64,000 nt of DNA from an uncultured Pseudomonadota bacterium (lineage in GTDB: Bacteria > Pseudomonadota > Alphaproteobacteria > Acetobacterales > Acetobacteraceae): assembly GCA_963791885.1 (NCBI GenBank), contig CAWBUL010000005.1, forward strand, positions 1,942,356-2,006,355, read 5' to 3'. The number at the start of each line of letters is the position of its first letter. Position 1 is the first letter of the stretch. Under the pieces are notes generated by a model. It did not search any database. It had not been told where the DNA came from and worked only from the letters and a program-made list of their open reading frames with translations. Positions 19,414 to 29,241 of the stretch are shown piece by piece. The translations under genes were made by a program, and so were the position numbers.

Positions 19414-19552
19414 TTTAACACGGAGTTCACTGAGAACGCACGGAGGTGCACGGAGCAATACCAAGCGGGGTTGCTCCTAACGGTCAATAATTCGTTTATC
19501 ACGATTTTATCTCAGTGATCTCCGTGGGGCCTCTGTGAAACTCCGTGTTAAA
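19414..19552. repeat. 139-bp palindromic (MITE/REP-like) element carrying five CACGGAG heptamers
   Basis: The left arm is TTTAACACGGAGTTCACTGAGAACGCACGGAG. The reverse complement of the right arm is TTTAACACGGAGTTTCACAGAGGCCCCACGGAG. There is also an internal 7-bp stem GGAGCAA/TTGCTCC (19453-19459 / 19471-19477). Confidence 0.55.
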
Positions 19553-19688
19553 CTGCTTGCTTTGCTGTCAGCAGCCCCTGGCTAAGGCTTGTCCCCCTCG
19601 CGTCGGCTGCGATAGCTCGCGATGACCTTGCGCACTGCGCGCCATCTGCGTTGATGATATTATGGGGACGTCCGACCGAGGAGCATCA

Positions 19689-21095
19689 ATGCCTGACCTG
19701 ACCGACGCCATTGCCCGCATCGTTGGACCAACCGGCATCCTCACCGGAGCGGATGCAGAGCCCTATTGCGAGGACTGGCGCAAGCTGTACCACGGTCGCA
19801 CGCAAGCGGTCGTGCGTCCCGCGAATACGGAACAGGTTGCCGATGTGGTGCGCCTGTGCGCGGAGACCGACACGCCGGTGGTGCCGCAGGGCGGCAATAC
19901 GTCGATGGTCGGCGGTGCGACCCCCGACGAAACGGGCCGGGCGATCATTCTGAGCCTGACGCGCATGAACCGGGTGCGCGCGATCGACCCGACTGACCTC
20001 ACCATCACGCTGGATGCCGGCATCACGCTGAAAGCCGCGCAAATGGCTGCCGCCGAGGCGGGTTGCCTGCTCCCGCTGTCGATTTCATCCGAAGGCTCGG
20101 CAGAGATCGGCGGGATTTTGGCGACCAATGCCGGCGGCAACAACACCGTACGCTACGGCAATGCGCGCGATCTGCTGTTGGGGCTGGAGGTGGTGCTGCC
20201 GGACGGCGCGGTATGGAACGGGCTGCGGCGGCTGCGCAAGGACAACACCGGTTACTGCCTCCGGCAGATCTTCGCCGGATCGGAAGGAACGTTGGGCGTC
20301 ATCACGGCCGCAGTGCTGAAACTGGCGCCGCGGCTGCGTGAAACAGTGGTCGCGTTCTGCTCGGTGCGCGGGCCGGAGGATGCGCTTGCTCTGTTCTCGC
20401 GCTTCCAGGCCCACGATCCGGGTGCGATCCAGGCGTTCGAATACATGTCGGGCCTGGGCACCTCGTTCGTGCTGCGCTACATCCCGGGCGCGGTGCTGCC
20501 GGTGTCGGAGCCTGCGCCGGGTTATGTGCTGATCGAACTGGCGACGCCGCGGGAAGGGGCGGGACTGCGTGCCTCCATGGAGGAGGTGCTGGGGGCGGCG
20601 CTGGAAGCGGGGGTGATCGCGGACGCGGCGATCGCGGAGAGCGAGGCACAGCGCGCGGGGATTTGGCGGCTGCGCGAGGAGCATTCCGAGGCGCAGAAGC
20701 GCGAGGGTGCCTCGATCAAGAACGACGTATCCGTGCCGGTCTCGAAAGTGCCGGACTTCATCCGCGAGGCGACGGCGGCGTGCGAGCAGCTGATGCCGGG
20801 TGTCCGCGTCGTGCCGTTCGGTCATATCGGGGACGGTAACATTCACTTCAACCTGGAACAGCCGGAGGGGGTGAATGCGTCCACCTTCCTGGCACAGGAC
20901 CATGCGGTGATGGACACGGTGAACGAGGTTGTGCGTCGGTTTGGCGGCAGTTTTTCGGCGGAACACGGCGTAGGGCGGTTGAAACCGTATCTGATGCCGG
21001 ATTGGCGCGGCGGCGTGGAACTCGATCTGATGCGGCGGTTGAAGGCGGCATTCGATCCACGCGGAATCATGAACCCAGGGAAGGTGCTTCCCTGA
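19689..21095 (+). CDS. FAD-linked oxidase (GlcD / D-2-hydroxyacid dehydrogenase family)
   Basis: The start MPDLTDAIARIVG at 19689 gives 468 aa. It contains a PCMH-type FAD-binding region (VVRPANTEQVADVVRLCAETDTPVVPQGGNTSMVGGA) and the C-terminal sequence GSFSAEHGVGRLK. Confidence 0.85.
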   Translation: MPDLTDAIARIVGPTGILTGADAEPYCEDWRKLYHGRTQAVVRPANTEQVADVVRLCAETDTPVVPQGGNTSMVGGATPDETGRAIILSLTRMNRVRAIDPTDLTITLDAGITLKAAQMAAAEAGCLLPLSISSEGSAEIGGILATNAGGNNTVRYGNARDLLLGLEVVLPDGAVWNGLRRLRKDNTGYCLRQIFAGSEGTLGVITAAVLKLAPRLRETVVAFCSVRGPEDALALFSRFQAHDPGAIQAFEYMSGLGTSFVLRYIPGAVLPVSEPAPGYVLIELATPREGAGLRASMEEVLGAALEAGVIADAAIAESEAQRAGIWRLREEHSEAQKREGASIKNDVSVPVSKVPDFIREATAACEQLMPGVRVVPFGHIGDGNIHFNLEQPEGVNASTFLAQDHAVMDTVNEVVRRFGGSFSAEHGVGRLKPYLMPDWRGGVELDLMRRLKAAFDPRGIMNPGKVLP

Positions 21096-21118
21096 CTGGT
21101 TATTCCTCGGGCGGCCCC

Positions 21119-22213
21119 ATGTCTTCCGATCGAACGGGCGGGGGCGGTGTGGCGGCATATCTGAACCGGATCGGCACCGCGGTGCCGCGCCATGAAGTGC
21201 ATGGTGCGAGCGTTGCCTTTGCCCGCACCCTGTTTCCCGACGAGCGGGAGCAATCGATCTTCGATCGTATGGTTGCGGGGGCCGACATCGCGCGCCGCTA
21301 CTCGGTGCTGGCAGCGCATCCACATCCCGGGTCCGACGACTACGACCAGGAGGGATTCTATCAGCGCGCCGCGTTTCCTTCGACCGGCACGCGGATGGCG
21401 CGGTACCAATTTGAAGCGCGCGGCTTGGCACAGGCGGCCATCGAGGCGCTCGATCTGGGGCGCGACCGTGATCGGGTGACGCATCTGATCGTGGCCAGTT
21501 GCACCGGATTCTCCGCGCCGGGCCTCGATTTCCACATGATGCGCGATGCCGGGCTGCCGGAGACCGTGGAGCGAACCATCGTCGGTTTCATGGGCTGCTT
21601 TGCCGCGGTCAACGCGCTGAAGCTGGCGCGCCACATCGTCCGTTCGGAGCCGCATGCGCTGGTGCTGGTGGTGAATGTCGAACTCTGCAGCCTGCATTTG
21701 CAGGAACAGTTCGAATTGCCGAAGATCATGAGCTTTCTGCTGTTCGCGGACGGGGCCTCGGCGGCGTTGGTTTCGTCCGAAAGGGAGGGGTTGGCGCTTG
21801 ACGGATTCCGCGCAACCGTCGTTCCCGACAGTGAGCCCCTGATCACCTGGCATATTCGCGACCAGGGTTTTGATATGTCGCTGTCCGGTCAGGTACCGAA
21901 CCGGATCCGGCAATTCCTGCGCGAGCATGGGATGGGGTTTTTGGGGAACGGGGCGGACGATCCGGAGACGGCCTGGGCAGTGCATGCGGGTGGCCGGTCG
22001 ATCCTGGATGCCGTGCAGCAGGGGCTGGCTCTTGCGCCGGAGGCACTGCGGCATTCGCGCGCGGTGCTGCGAGAGTTCGGCAACATGTCCTCGGCCACGT
22101 TGATGTTCGTGCTGGCGAGGATCCTGCGAGAGCGGCACGTTGGGCGGCCAGGCATCGCGATGGCGTTCGGACCGGGGCTGACGGTGGAAAGTTTCGCATT
22201 CCATCATGCCTGA
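21119..22213 (+). CDS. Type III polyketide synthase (chalcone/stilbene synthase family)
   Basis: 364 aa. The catalytic triad contexts are LIVASCTGFSAPGLD (Cys), AVHAGGRSILD (His) and EFGNMSSATLMFVL (Asn). The start could alternatively be a GTG about 10 codons downstream. Confidence 0.85.
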   Translation: MSSDRTGGGGVAAYLNRIGTAVPRHEVHGASVAFARTLFPDEREQSIFDRMVAGADIARRYSVLAAHPHPGSDDYDQEGFYQRAAFPSTGTRMARYQFEARGLAQAAIEALDLGRDRDRVTHLIVASCTGFSAPGLDFHMMRDAGLPETVERTIVGFMGCFAAVNALKLARHIVRSEPHALVLVVNVELCSLHLQEQFELPKIMSFLLFADGASAALVSSEREGLALDGFRATVVPDSEPLITWHIRDQGFDMSLSGQVPNRIRQFLREHGMGFLGNGADDPETAWAVHAGGRSILDAVQQGLALAPEALRHSRAVLREFGNMSSATLMFVLARILRERHVGRPGIAMAFGPGLTVESFAFHHA

Positions 22214-22898
22214 ACGATTGCGGACGCGCAGCACGACGCCGGAGCAGATGGACACGGCGTGTGCGGATTTCGCCGATTACGCGCGCTGCCTGCGCGACCT
22301 GACACGCGTCAACATGGTTACGCGCACGCACGCACCGGTGCTGGCGTGGCTGCGGCGACAAGCGCCAGCGGATGGTGCATTCAGCCTGTGCGACATCGGG
22401 TGTGGTGAAGGCGATCTGCTGCGGGCGATCGGGCGCCGCTTTCCGGGTGCTCGGCTGACGGGCGTGGATCGGCACCCATGGAGCATTCGCGCGGCGCGGG
22501 AAGCGACACCGGCCTCGGCGCAGATTGAGTACGTCGAGGCGGACCTCTTTTCGCTGACGGGCCGCGACTGGGATTTCATCGTGAGTTCGCAATTCGCGCA
22601 TCACCTGACGGACGACGAGCTGGTGCGCTTCATCCAGTGGCAGGAAGCGCATGCGGTGCGGGGCTGGTTCATCGCGGACCTGCACCGGCATTGGATGTCG
22701 TATTACGGATTTCCACTGCTGGCGCGGGCGATGCGCTGGCACCGGCTGGTGCGGGAGGACGGGGCGGTCTCGATCGCACGGGCATTTCGGGCGAAGGAGT
22801 TGCGGGGCGTGCTGGCGCGCGCAGGCGCGTCCGGTGCGCGGGTGCGGTGGCACGTGCCGTTCCGCCTGTGCGTATCGCGGCAATGCGCCCGGTCATAG
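22206..22898 (+). CDS. Class I SAM-dependent methyltransferase
   Basis: 230 aa with an 8-nt overlap with the PKS stop. Motif I is LCDIGCGEGDL, and there is an acidic loop VDRH. Confidence 0.7.
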   Translation: MPERLRTRSTTPEQMDTACADFADYARCLRDLTRVNMVTRTHAPVLAWLRRQAPADGAFSLCDIGCGEGDLLRAIGRRFPGARLTGVDRHPWSIRAAREATPASAQIEYVEADLFSLTGRDWDFIVSSQFAHHLTDDELVRFIQWQEAHAVRGWFIADLHRHWMSYYGFPLLARAMRWHRLVREDGAVSIARAFRAKELRGVLARAGASGARVRWHVPFRLCVSRQCARS

Positions 22899-23926
22899 TC
22901 GGCGGCGGTCCAGCGGGGTCCGCGGCGGCGATCGTGCTGGCGCAAGCGGGGGCCGCGCCGCTGGTTCTGGAGCGCTCGACCGGGCCACATGACAAAGTGT
23001 GCGGCGACTTCCTCAGCGGCGAGGCCGGCGCGATGCTGGATCGGCTGGGCGTCGGGCCGGACCGGTTGGGTGCCGTGCCGGTAAAATGGGTGCGGCTCGT
23101 GCGGGGAGGGCAGTCGGTCACCGCGCCGCTGCCCTTTCCTGCGTGGAGCGTGTCGCGACGGGTCCTCGACGAGGCGCTGCTGCAGCGTGCGGCGGCGTGC
23201 GGGGCCGAGGTGGTTCGTGGTGAAACGATCCGCGCGGTGCAGTCGGATGGCACGATCGAGCGCGCTGTCGGCGGAGTGATCAGGGGCACTGTCTTTCTCG
23301 CAACGGGCAAGCATGACCTGCGCGGAAGCGCTCGGCCGCGCGACCGGCGGATGGTGGGGTTCAAGACCTATGTGCGGCTTGCGCAGGCGCAGTTCGACGC
23401 GCTGGCCGGCGGCGTGGAGATCGTGCTGCTGCCCGGTGGATATGCCGGGCTGCAGAACGTGGAGGACGGGCGGACGGTGCTGTGCTGGCTGGCGCGCGGC
23501 GGGGATGCACGGGCGTGCCTGGCGCATCCGCACGTGGCGGCCCGGCTGGAGGGTGCGAGTGCGATGCCGGACCGGCTGCTGTCGGTTGCCGGCATGCCGT
23601 ACGGGTTTCTCGCGCCCCCGGCGGATTTCTTCCGGCTCGGGGATCAGGCGGCGGTGATTCCATCCTTTGCCGGCGCGGGCGTGGCAATTGCGCTGATCTC
23701 TGGCGCAGCTGCGGCCGAAGGGTATTTGCGCGGCGACGATCCAGCAGTGTTCCAGCGTTCGTGCGGGCAGCGTATGCGCGGGCCGGTGAAGCGCGCCACG
23801 TTGCTGCATCGGGCTCTGTCGTCCGGCGGCTTCAAAGGCGCAACGTTCGAAGTTTGCGCGCTATGGCCCGGCGCGATGACGCTCGCGGCGCGGGCGACGC
23901 GCGTAGGTGAGGCCGCGTCCTATTGA
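22883..23926 (+). CDS. FAD-dependent oxidoreductase (geranylgeranyl reductase / aromatic hydroxylase family)
   Basis: The internal ATG at 22883 overlaps the methyltransferase stop by 16 nt. MRPVIVGGGPAGSAAAIVLAQAGAAPLVLER is a Rossmann GxGxxG fold, and GDQAAVIPSFAGAGVAIAL is present. Confidence 0.75.
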   Translation: MRPVIVGGGPAGSAAAIVLAQAGAAPLVLERSTGPHDKVCGDFLSGEAGAMLDRLGVGPDRLGAVPVKWVRLVRGGQSVTAPLPFPAWSVSRRVLDEALLQRAAACGAEVVRGETIRAVQSDGTIERAVGGVIRGTVFLATGKHDLRGSARPRDRRMVGFKTYVRLAQAQFDALAGGVEIVLLPGGYAGLQNVEDGRTVLCWLARGGDARACLAHPHVAARLEGASAMPDRLLSVAGMPYGFLAPPADFFRLGDQAAVIPSFAGAGVAIALISGAAAAEGYLRGDDPAVFQRSCGQRMRGPVKRATLLHRALSSGGFKGATFEVCALWPGAMTLAARATRVGEAASY

Positions 23927-24993
23927 GGGCGCAAATTCATCACTGGAGGCGTTTTCACCGACGGTGCCACTGATGTGTCCTGTTCCTCGAGCACGGGGCG
24001 AGACAGCGCGGCCTTGGGCGCTAGCCACTTGCGCAGGCGCAGGCTCGGTTTTTCGACAAAATGCCAGGAGAGGGCGGCAATGCCGACGCTCAGCGGCCAG
24101 CCGATCGCCAAATTGATCCACCAGACCCGATAGGCCGGCGCGAGAGTCATGATGGCCTGCTGTAGCACGAAAGAGTAGAGGTAGATGCCGTACGAGTAGT
24201 CACCCGACATCAGAACCGGGATGCGCGGCAGCCTGACCGTCCCGAGATACGTGACGAAATAAGTCGCGCTGACCACGCCGAGGATGAAGGCGAGATGTGC
24301 AAACCAGAAGGAGACGGCGATGTACAGGATGATGGATAGTACGAACAGGCTGGGGCGCACCGGAATGCGGTCGCGCCAGAGATAGAACACTTGTCCGCAC
24401 AGGAAGCAGAGGACCAGCGACGCTCCGGACTGGAGCGCAACCCCAGCGGGGATCGTGTGGCGGAACAGGGTGGCGGTCTCGAGCACGACGCCGATGATTA
24501 GGAGACCGAGCACGATCCGCGGACGAGTGGCGATGCCCAGGATCATCAGCACAGCCATCAGTAGGTAGCAGTGGAGTTCCTGAGGCACGGTCCACAACTG
24601 ACCATTCACGATCCCGGACAGAGGGTTGCTCAGGAAGACGCCGGGCAGATGAAAGTGAATCCAGCCGACGACGTTGAGGAAATACACAGCGAATTGGGGG
24701 GCCCGATAATAGTCATGCAGCGACAGTGATGTGACGATAGGCCCGAGGATCAATGCGGATACGGTGATTTCCACACACAGGGCAGGCAGAATCCGAAGCG
24801 CGCGGAAGGCGATAAAGGTACGCACGCTGCGGACGCGGACGGCACTGCCGGCGACGAGGAAGCCGGAGAGGGCGAAGAAGGCCGGCACGATGATAAGAAT
24901 CGTGGGCCCGAACAGGCCCGACTGCATCTGCCGCCCGATGGTGAGCTGGAATGAGTGGAAGACGACCACAGCCGAGGCGAGCGCAAGGCGCAT
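23920..24993 (-). CDS. Acyltransferase family 3 membrane protein (second copy of the family in the window)
   Basis: 357 aa, about 10 TM helices. The N-terminus is RLALASAVVVFHS. Confidence 0.65.
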   Translation of the reverse strand: MRLALASAVVVFHSFQLTIGRQMQSGLFGPTILIIVPAFFALSGFLVAGSAVRVRSVRTFIAFRALRILPALCVEITVSALILGPIVTSLSLHDYYRAPQFAVYFLNVVGWIHFHLPGVFLSNPLSGIVNGQLWTVPQELHCYLLMAVLMILGIATRPRIVLGLLIIGVVLETATLFRHTIPAGVALQSGASLVLCFLCGQVFYLWRDRIPVRPSLFVLSIILYIAVSFWFAHLAFILGVVSATYFVTYLGTVRLPRIPVLMSGDYSYGIYLYSFVLQQAIMTLAPAYRVWWINLAIGWPLSVGIAALSWHFVEKPSLRLRKWLAPKAALSRPVLEEQDTSVAPSVKTPPVMNLRPQ

Positions 24994-25092
24994 GAAATCG
25001 AAACCGGGGCCGATACCTCCAGGGCTAAGTTCGTCAGTATGGACCTTATTGTTCGGGGAGAACGCCCGGTCAACCGCAGATTGATGACGCGC

Positions 25093-25899
25093 TTATGCGA
25101 CGGAGCGCAGCAACTCGATGCAGTCGGCCAGCGCCCGATCCGCGTCGGGCGCCGCATAAACCGAGACGGCGAACGGTTCGAGCGAAACCAAACCGCCATA
25201 CGCACCCTCACGCAGCTGACGAAGCTGCGCCAAAGTTCCAAGCCGGTCCTGCTCTGTGACCAGCACACGGTGCTCGTCCCTGATTGACTCGACCGGCAGG
25301 GCTGCATCCGTCACGCCCGAAACATGCACCAACTCTGTGTGCGACGGGAACATCTTCTGCTCTCCGGACAACGCGTGATGAAACGTGTCGTGGAGCAGGG
25401 CAAAGACGTACCCGGTTTCGGTTTCGTCGATTGCGGCCAGCGCCGCTTCCTTGGTGCGCAGCGCGCATTCGGGGAAGCCGAGCGGCTCGACCAGACCGCG
25501 CACGTTATAACGCTCGAGGATAGACGCGAGTTGCCGCAGCGCGCGGCGCAGATCGTCAGCGCGACGTGCAGGGCTGCGCGCGTCGGTCCGGTCGTTGACC
25601 GGACACAGCACGAGGTCTGCGTTACAGGCGTCGGCGTAAGCCGCGAGATGCTCGGCTTCCACGGCGCGCGCGTCAGTCCAGTCGTCGAACCGTTGCAGCG
25701 CATTCAGCGCGATGATGCGCACGCCGATATCATCCGCCTGAGCGCGAAGGGAGGCGGCCGGCGTGCCGTCCGCGATTTCGATCCCGGGCAGGTCGTTGCG
25801 GATTTCGACGTCCGTGATCCCGAGCCTATGCGCGGTCTGGGCGAAGGCGGCAAAGCGGCTGCGCGGCCGCACCATGTGATTGAGTGCCACAGGAATCAT
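25093..25899 (-). CDS. Xylose isomerase-like TIM-barrel protein (sugar phosphate isomerase/epimerase)
   Basis: 268 aa. VEIRND, LVEPLGFPE, HDTFHH and SLEPF are the metal-ligand-like motifs of the AP endonuclease 2 / TIM-barrel family. Confidence 0.65.
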   Translation of the reverse strand: MIPVALNHMVRPRSRFAAFAQTAHRLGITDVEIRNDLPGIEIADGTPAASLRAQADDIGVRIIALNALQRFDDWTDARAVEAEHLAAYADACNADLVLCPVNDRTDARSPARRADDLRRALRQLASILERYNVRGLVEPLGFPECALRTKEAALAAIDETETGYVFALLHDTFHHALSGEQKMFPSHTELVHVSGVTDAALPVESIRDEHRVLVTEQDRLGTLAQLRQLREGAYGGLVSLEPFAVSVYAAPDADRALADCIELLRSVA

Positions 25900-26765
25900 T
25901 GTGCGGCTGCCAGGATGCGTTCAGCGAGTTTCTGATGCGGGCGGTCGATCATCTTGCCGTCAAGCGCGAAGACGCCGGAATCGGGATTAGCCGCAAACCC
26001 CTCGCGAACCCGCTTCGCCCACTGCACCTGCGCTTCGCCGGGGGTGAAGGCGGCGTTGACGATGTCAATCTGCCCCGGATGGATGAGAACCTTGCCGGCG
26101 AAACCATCGGCGGCCGCGGCCTCGGCTTCCCTCCGCAGACCGTCGGGGTCGCGCGGATCGGGCCAGGGCGTGTCGAGCGCCGGCACGCCGATCGCCGCCG
26201 CGGTGGTGATCACCTTGGCGCGGGCAGCGGAGGCGGGCGCGTTGTAGGCGCCGTCGGGGCGGCGGGGGACGATGCCGAGATCGGCCGAGAGGTCCTCGGC
26301 CCCAAAGACCATGGCAATGAGGCGCGGCGCACCTGGCGTGTAACTGTCCAATCCCGCGACCGACCCGGCGGTTTCCGTGACGATGGCAATCACCTTAATC
26401 GTCCCAACGGCGAGGGAGGACGCCGTCTCCAGTGCTTCCAGGTGATGGTCGAGCGCGATCAGGTCCCGCAGCCCGGAACACTTCGGCAGCATCAGGGCCG
26501 CCGGCGCGGCGGGGACGATGGACGCGAGGTCGCCGAGATACCACGGCGTGCCGGGCGGATTGACCCGCACGATCACATCGGCACGGCGTGGTGCACTGCC
26601 GAGTGTGCGGAGCGTGCCGGCGACCGTGCCACGAGCGGCCTCCTTGGCGGACGGCGCAACGGAATCTTCAAGATCGAGCACGACCGCATCGGCCGCAGAG
26701 TCGAGAGCACGGGCGGATTTCCGTTCCGAATCGCCGGGCGCGAAAAGCGGACTTCTCAGTCGCAT
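25896..26765 (-). CDS. HpcH/HpaI aldolase - citrate lyase beta (CitE)-like CoA-ester lyase
   Basis: The internal ATG at 26765 gives 289 aa. Supporting sequence is RSPLFAPGDSERK, DAVVLDLEDSVAP, FGAEDLSADLG and KVLIHPGQI. Confidence 0.75.
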   Translation of the reverse strand: MRLRSPLFAPGDSERKSARALDSAADAVVLDLEDSVAPSAKEAARGTVAGTLRTLGSAPRRADVIVRVNPPGTPWYLGDLASIVPAAPAALMLPKCSGLRDLIALDHHLEALETASSLAVGTIKVIAIVTETAGSVAGLDSYTPGAPRLIAMVFGAEDLSADLGIVPRRPDGAYNAPASAARAKVITTAAAIGVPALDTPWPDPRDPDGLRREAEAAAADGFAGKVLIHPGQIDIVNAAFTPGEAQVQWAKRVREGFAANPDSGVFALDGKMIDRPHQKLAERILAAAQ

Positions 26766-26887
26766 ACTGCTGGACGCTGCGGTCTGTGTAACACGGAACA
26801 ATCTTGCGCACGGGCAGCCGATATGCAAATCAGCCAGTGCAGGGATAACCCGGCTTCGACTAATCAATAAGGGGGAGAAGTCCAGGA

Positions 26888-27655
26888 GTGAGCGGCATCA
26901 TCCTGGAAACCGAGGGGCTTACGCGGGAGTTCTCCGGCTTCGTTGCCGTGGACGACGTTTCGCTTGCGGTCAAGGAAGGCACGATTCACGCGCTGATCGG
27001 GCCGAACGGCGCGGGCAAGACGACGTGCTTCAATTTGCTGACGAAGTTCCTGCAGCCCACGCGAGGGCGCATCGCCTTCAAGGGGCGCGACATCACGCGG
27101 CTGAAGCCGGCGCAGGTCGCGCGGTTGGGGCTGGTGCGAAGCTTTCAGATCTCGGCGGTGTTTCCGCGTCTGACGGCGCTGGAAAATGTGCGGCTGGCGC
27201 TGCAGCGCGCGCGTGGCAACTCCTTCGATTTCTGGCGGTCGGAGACAACGCTGCGGGACCTTGACGATCGCGCGCGGGCGCTGCTGGCGGATGTGGGATT
27301 GTCGGGGTTCGGCGACCTGACGGCGGGCCAACTGGCCTATGGGCAGAAGCGGGCGCTGGAGATCGCGACAACGCTCGCGCTGGATCCGGAAATGATGCTG
27401 CTGGACGAGCCGACAGCCGGCATGACGCATGCTGACGTGGATCTGATTGTGGAACTGATCCGTACCATCCGAGCCGGGCGCACCATCCTGATGGTGGAGC
27501 ACAACCTGTCCGTGGTGCAGGGCCTGTGCGACACGATCACCGTGTTGACCCGCGGCCGGGTGCTGGCCGAAGGGGATTACGCGTCGGTGTCCCGCAATCC
27601 GGAGGTGATCGCGGCGTATCTCGGTTCCGACGCGCCGGCGATGGCCCATGCTTGA
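26888..27655 (+). CDS. Branched-chain amino acid-type ABC transporter ATP-binding protein (LivG-like)
   Basis: Walker [10 protein letters not shown], signature [12 protein letters not shown], Walker B LLLDEP. Confidence 0.85.
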   Translation: MSGIILETEGLTREFSGFVAVDDVSLAVKEGTIHALIGPNGAGKTTCFNLLTKFLQPTRGRIAFKGRDITRLKPAQVARLGLVRSFQISAVFPRLTALENVRLALQRARGNSFDFWRSETTLRDLDDRARALLADVGLSGFGDLTAGQLAYGQKRALEIATTLALDPEMMLLDEPTAGMTHADVDLIVELIRTIRAGRTILMVEHNLSVVQGLCDTITVLTRGRVLAEGDYASVSRNPEVIAAYLGSDAPAMAHA

Positions 27656-28343
27656 AGTGGGGGACCTGAACGCCTGGTACGGCGAAAGCCACGTGCTTCA
27701 CGGCGTGCAGTTCGAGGTGCGGGAAGGTGAGGTGGTGACGCTGCTCGGCCGCAACGGTGCCGGCAAGACCACGACGATGAAATCGATCATGGGGCTGGTG
27801 CCCCGGCGCGAAGGCAGCATTCGGTTTCGCGGGCGCGAACTGGTCCAGGCCTCGCCGGAGGCAATCGCGCGGTCAGGCATCGCGCTGTGCCCGGAAGAAC
27901 GCGGCATTTTCGGCTCGCTGAGCGTAACGGAAAACCTAATGTTGCCGCCGGTGATCGCGCCCGGCGGGCTGAGCGTGGATGAAATCTACACGCTGTTTCC
28001 GAATCTGAAGGAACGGGCGCGCACCGCCCAAGGCACGAAGCTGTCGGGCGGGGAGCAGCAGATGCTGGCGATCGCGCGCATTCTGCGCACGGGCGCGAAG
28101 ATGCTGCTGCTGGATGAACCGACAGAGGGGCTTGCGCCGGTGATCGTGCAGCAGATCGGGCGGACCATCCACGAGATCAAGAATCGCGGCTTCACCGTAC
28201 TGCTGGTGGAGCAGAACTTCCGTTTCGCCTCGACCGTGGCGGACCGGCACTACGTGATGGAGCATGGGCGCGTGGTGGACATGATCCCCAACCACATGCT
28301 GGAGGCGAGCATGGACAAGCTGCACGAGTATCTGGGCGTATGA
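27648..28343 (+). CDS. Branched-chain amino acid-type ABC transporter ATP-binding protein (LivF-like)
   Basis: GRNGAGKTT, LSGGEQQMLAIA and LLLDEPTEGLAP. It overlaps the upstream gene. Confidence 0.85.
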   Translation: MLEVGDLNAWYGESHVLHGVQFEVREGEVVTLLGRNGAGKTTTMKSIMGLVPRREGSIRFRGRELVQASPEAIARSGIALCPEERGIFGSLSVTENLMLPPVIAPGGLSVDEIYTLFPNLKERARTAQGTKLSGGEQQMLAIARILRTGAKMLLLDEPTEGLAPVIVQQIGRTIHEIKNRGFTVLLVEQNFRFASTVADRHYVMEHGRVVDMIPNHMLEASMDKLHEYLGV

Positions 28344-28353
28344 GGCGGTTCTG

Positions 28354-29241
28354 ATGTTCACCATCTTCGGCATCCCGAGCCCGCTGCTGTTTGGCCAATT
28401 GCTGCTGGGCCTGATCAACGGCGCCTTCTACGCCATGCTGTCGCTGGGGCTGGCGATTATCTTCGGTATGCTGAACATCATCAATTTCGCCCATGGTGCG
28501 CTGTTCATGATGGGCGCGTTTGCGGCGTGGATGCTGTTGAATTACGCGGGCATTCCGTATTTCGCCGCGCTGATCGTAGCGCCGCTGATTATCGGGGCAT
28601 TCGGCATCGTGCTCGAGCGGACGATGATCAGCCGGCTGTACAAGCTGGACCATCTGTACGGGTTGCTGCTGACCTTCGGGCTGGCGCTGGTGATCGAGGG
28701 GCTGTTCCGCAATTTCTACGGCAGCTCCGGCCTGCCGTATGAAATTCCGCAGGTGCTGCAAGGGGCGACCAATCTGGGGTTCATGTACCTGCCGAACTAT
28801 CGCGGCTGGGTGGTGATCTTCGCCCTGGTGGTGTGCCTGTCCACCTGGGCACTGATCGAGAAGACGTCCCTGGGTGCACGGCTGCGAGCCGCCACGGAAA
28901 ATCCCAACCTGGTGCGCGCGTTCGGCGTGAACGTGCCTCGGTTGATCACGCTGACTTATGGCGGCGGCGTGGCGTTGGCGGCCCTCGCTGGCGTGCTAGC
29001 AGCGCCGATCTACTCGGTGAACCCGAATATGGGCGATAATTTCATCAATACGGTGTTTGCCGTGGTGGTGATCGGCGGCATGGGATCGATCCTGGGCTCG
29101 ATCGTCACCGGCTTCGGTCTGGGCGTGATCGAAGGACTGACCAAGGTGTTCTACCCGCAGGCCTCGGCCACCGTTGTGTTCCTGGTCATGGTGATCGTGC
29201 TGCTGTTCATGCCGCGCGGCTTGTTCGGGAAGACCGCCTGA
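28354..29241 (+). CDS. Branched-chain amino acid-type ABC transporter permease (LivH-like)
   Basis: 295 aa, polytopic. The sequence LINGAFYAMLSLGLAIIFGMLNIINFAHGA is present. Confidence 0.85.
   Translation: MFTIFGIPSPLLFGQLLLGLINGAFYAMLSLGLAIIFGMLNIINFAHGALFMMGAFAAWMLLNYAGIPYFAALIVAPLIIGAFGIVLERTMISRLYKLDHLYGLLLTFGLALVIEGLFRNFYGSSGLPYEIPQVLQGATNLGFMYLPNYRGWVVIFALVVCLSTWALIEKTSLGARLRAATENPNLVRAFGVNVPRLITLTYGGGVALAALAGVLAAPIYSVNPNMGDNFINTVFAVVVIGGMGSILGSIVTGFGLGVIEGLTKVFYPQASATVVFLVMVIVLLFMPRGLFGKTA

Noticed and set aside
20085-22883. Very long minus-strand ORFs (20085..21431, 20843..22255, 21843..22883; 346-470 aa) opposite the FAD oxidase, PKS and methyltransferase genes
   Set aside because: They are Arg/Pro/Gly-rich, low-complexity translations with no recognisable motifs. 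They lie antisense to ORFs that carry clear catalytic motifs, which is typical of shadow ORFs in 65% GC DNA.
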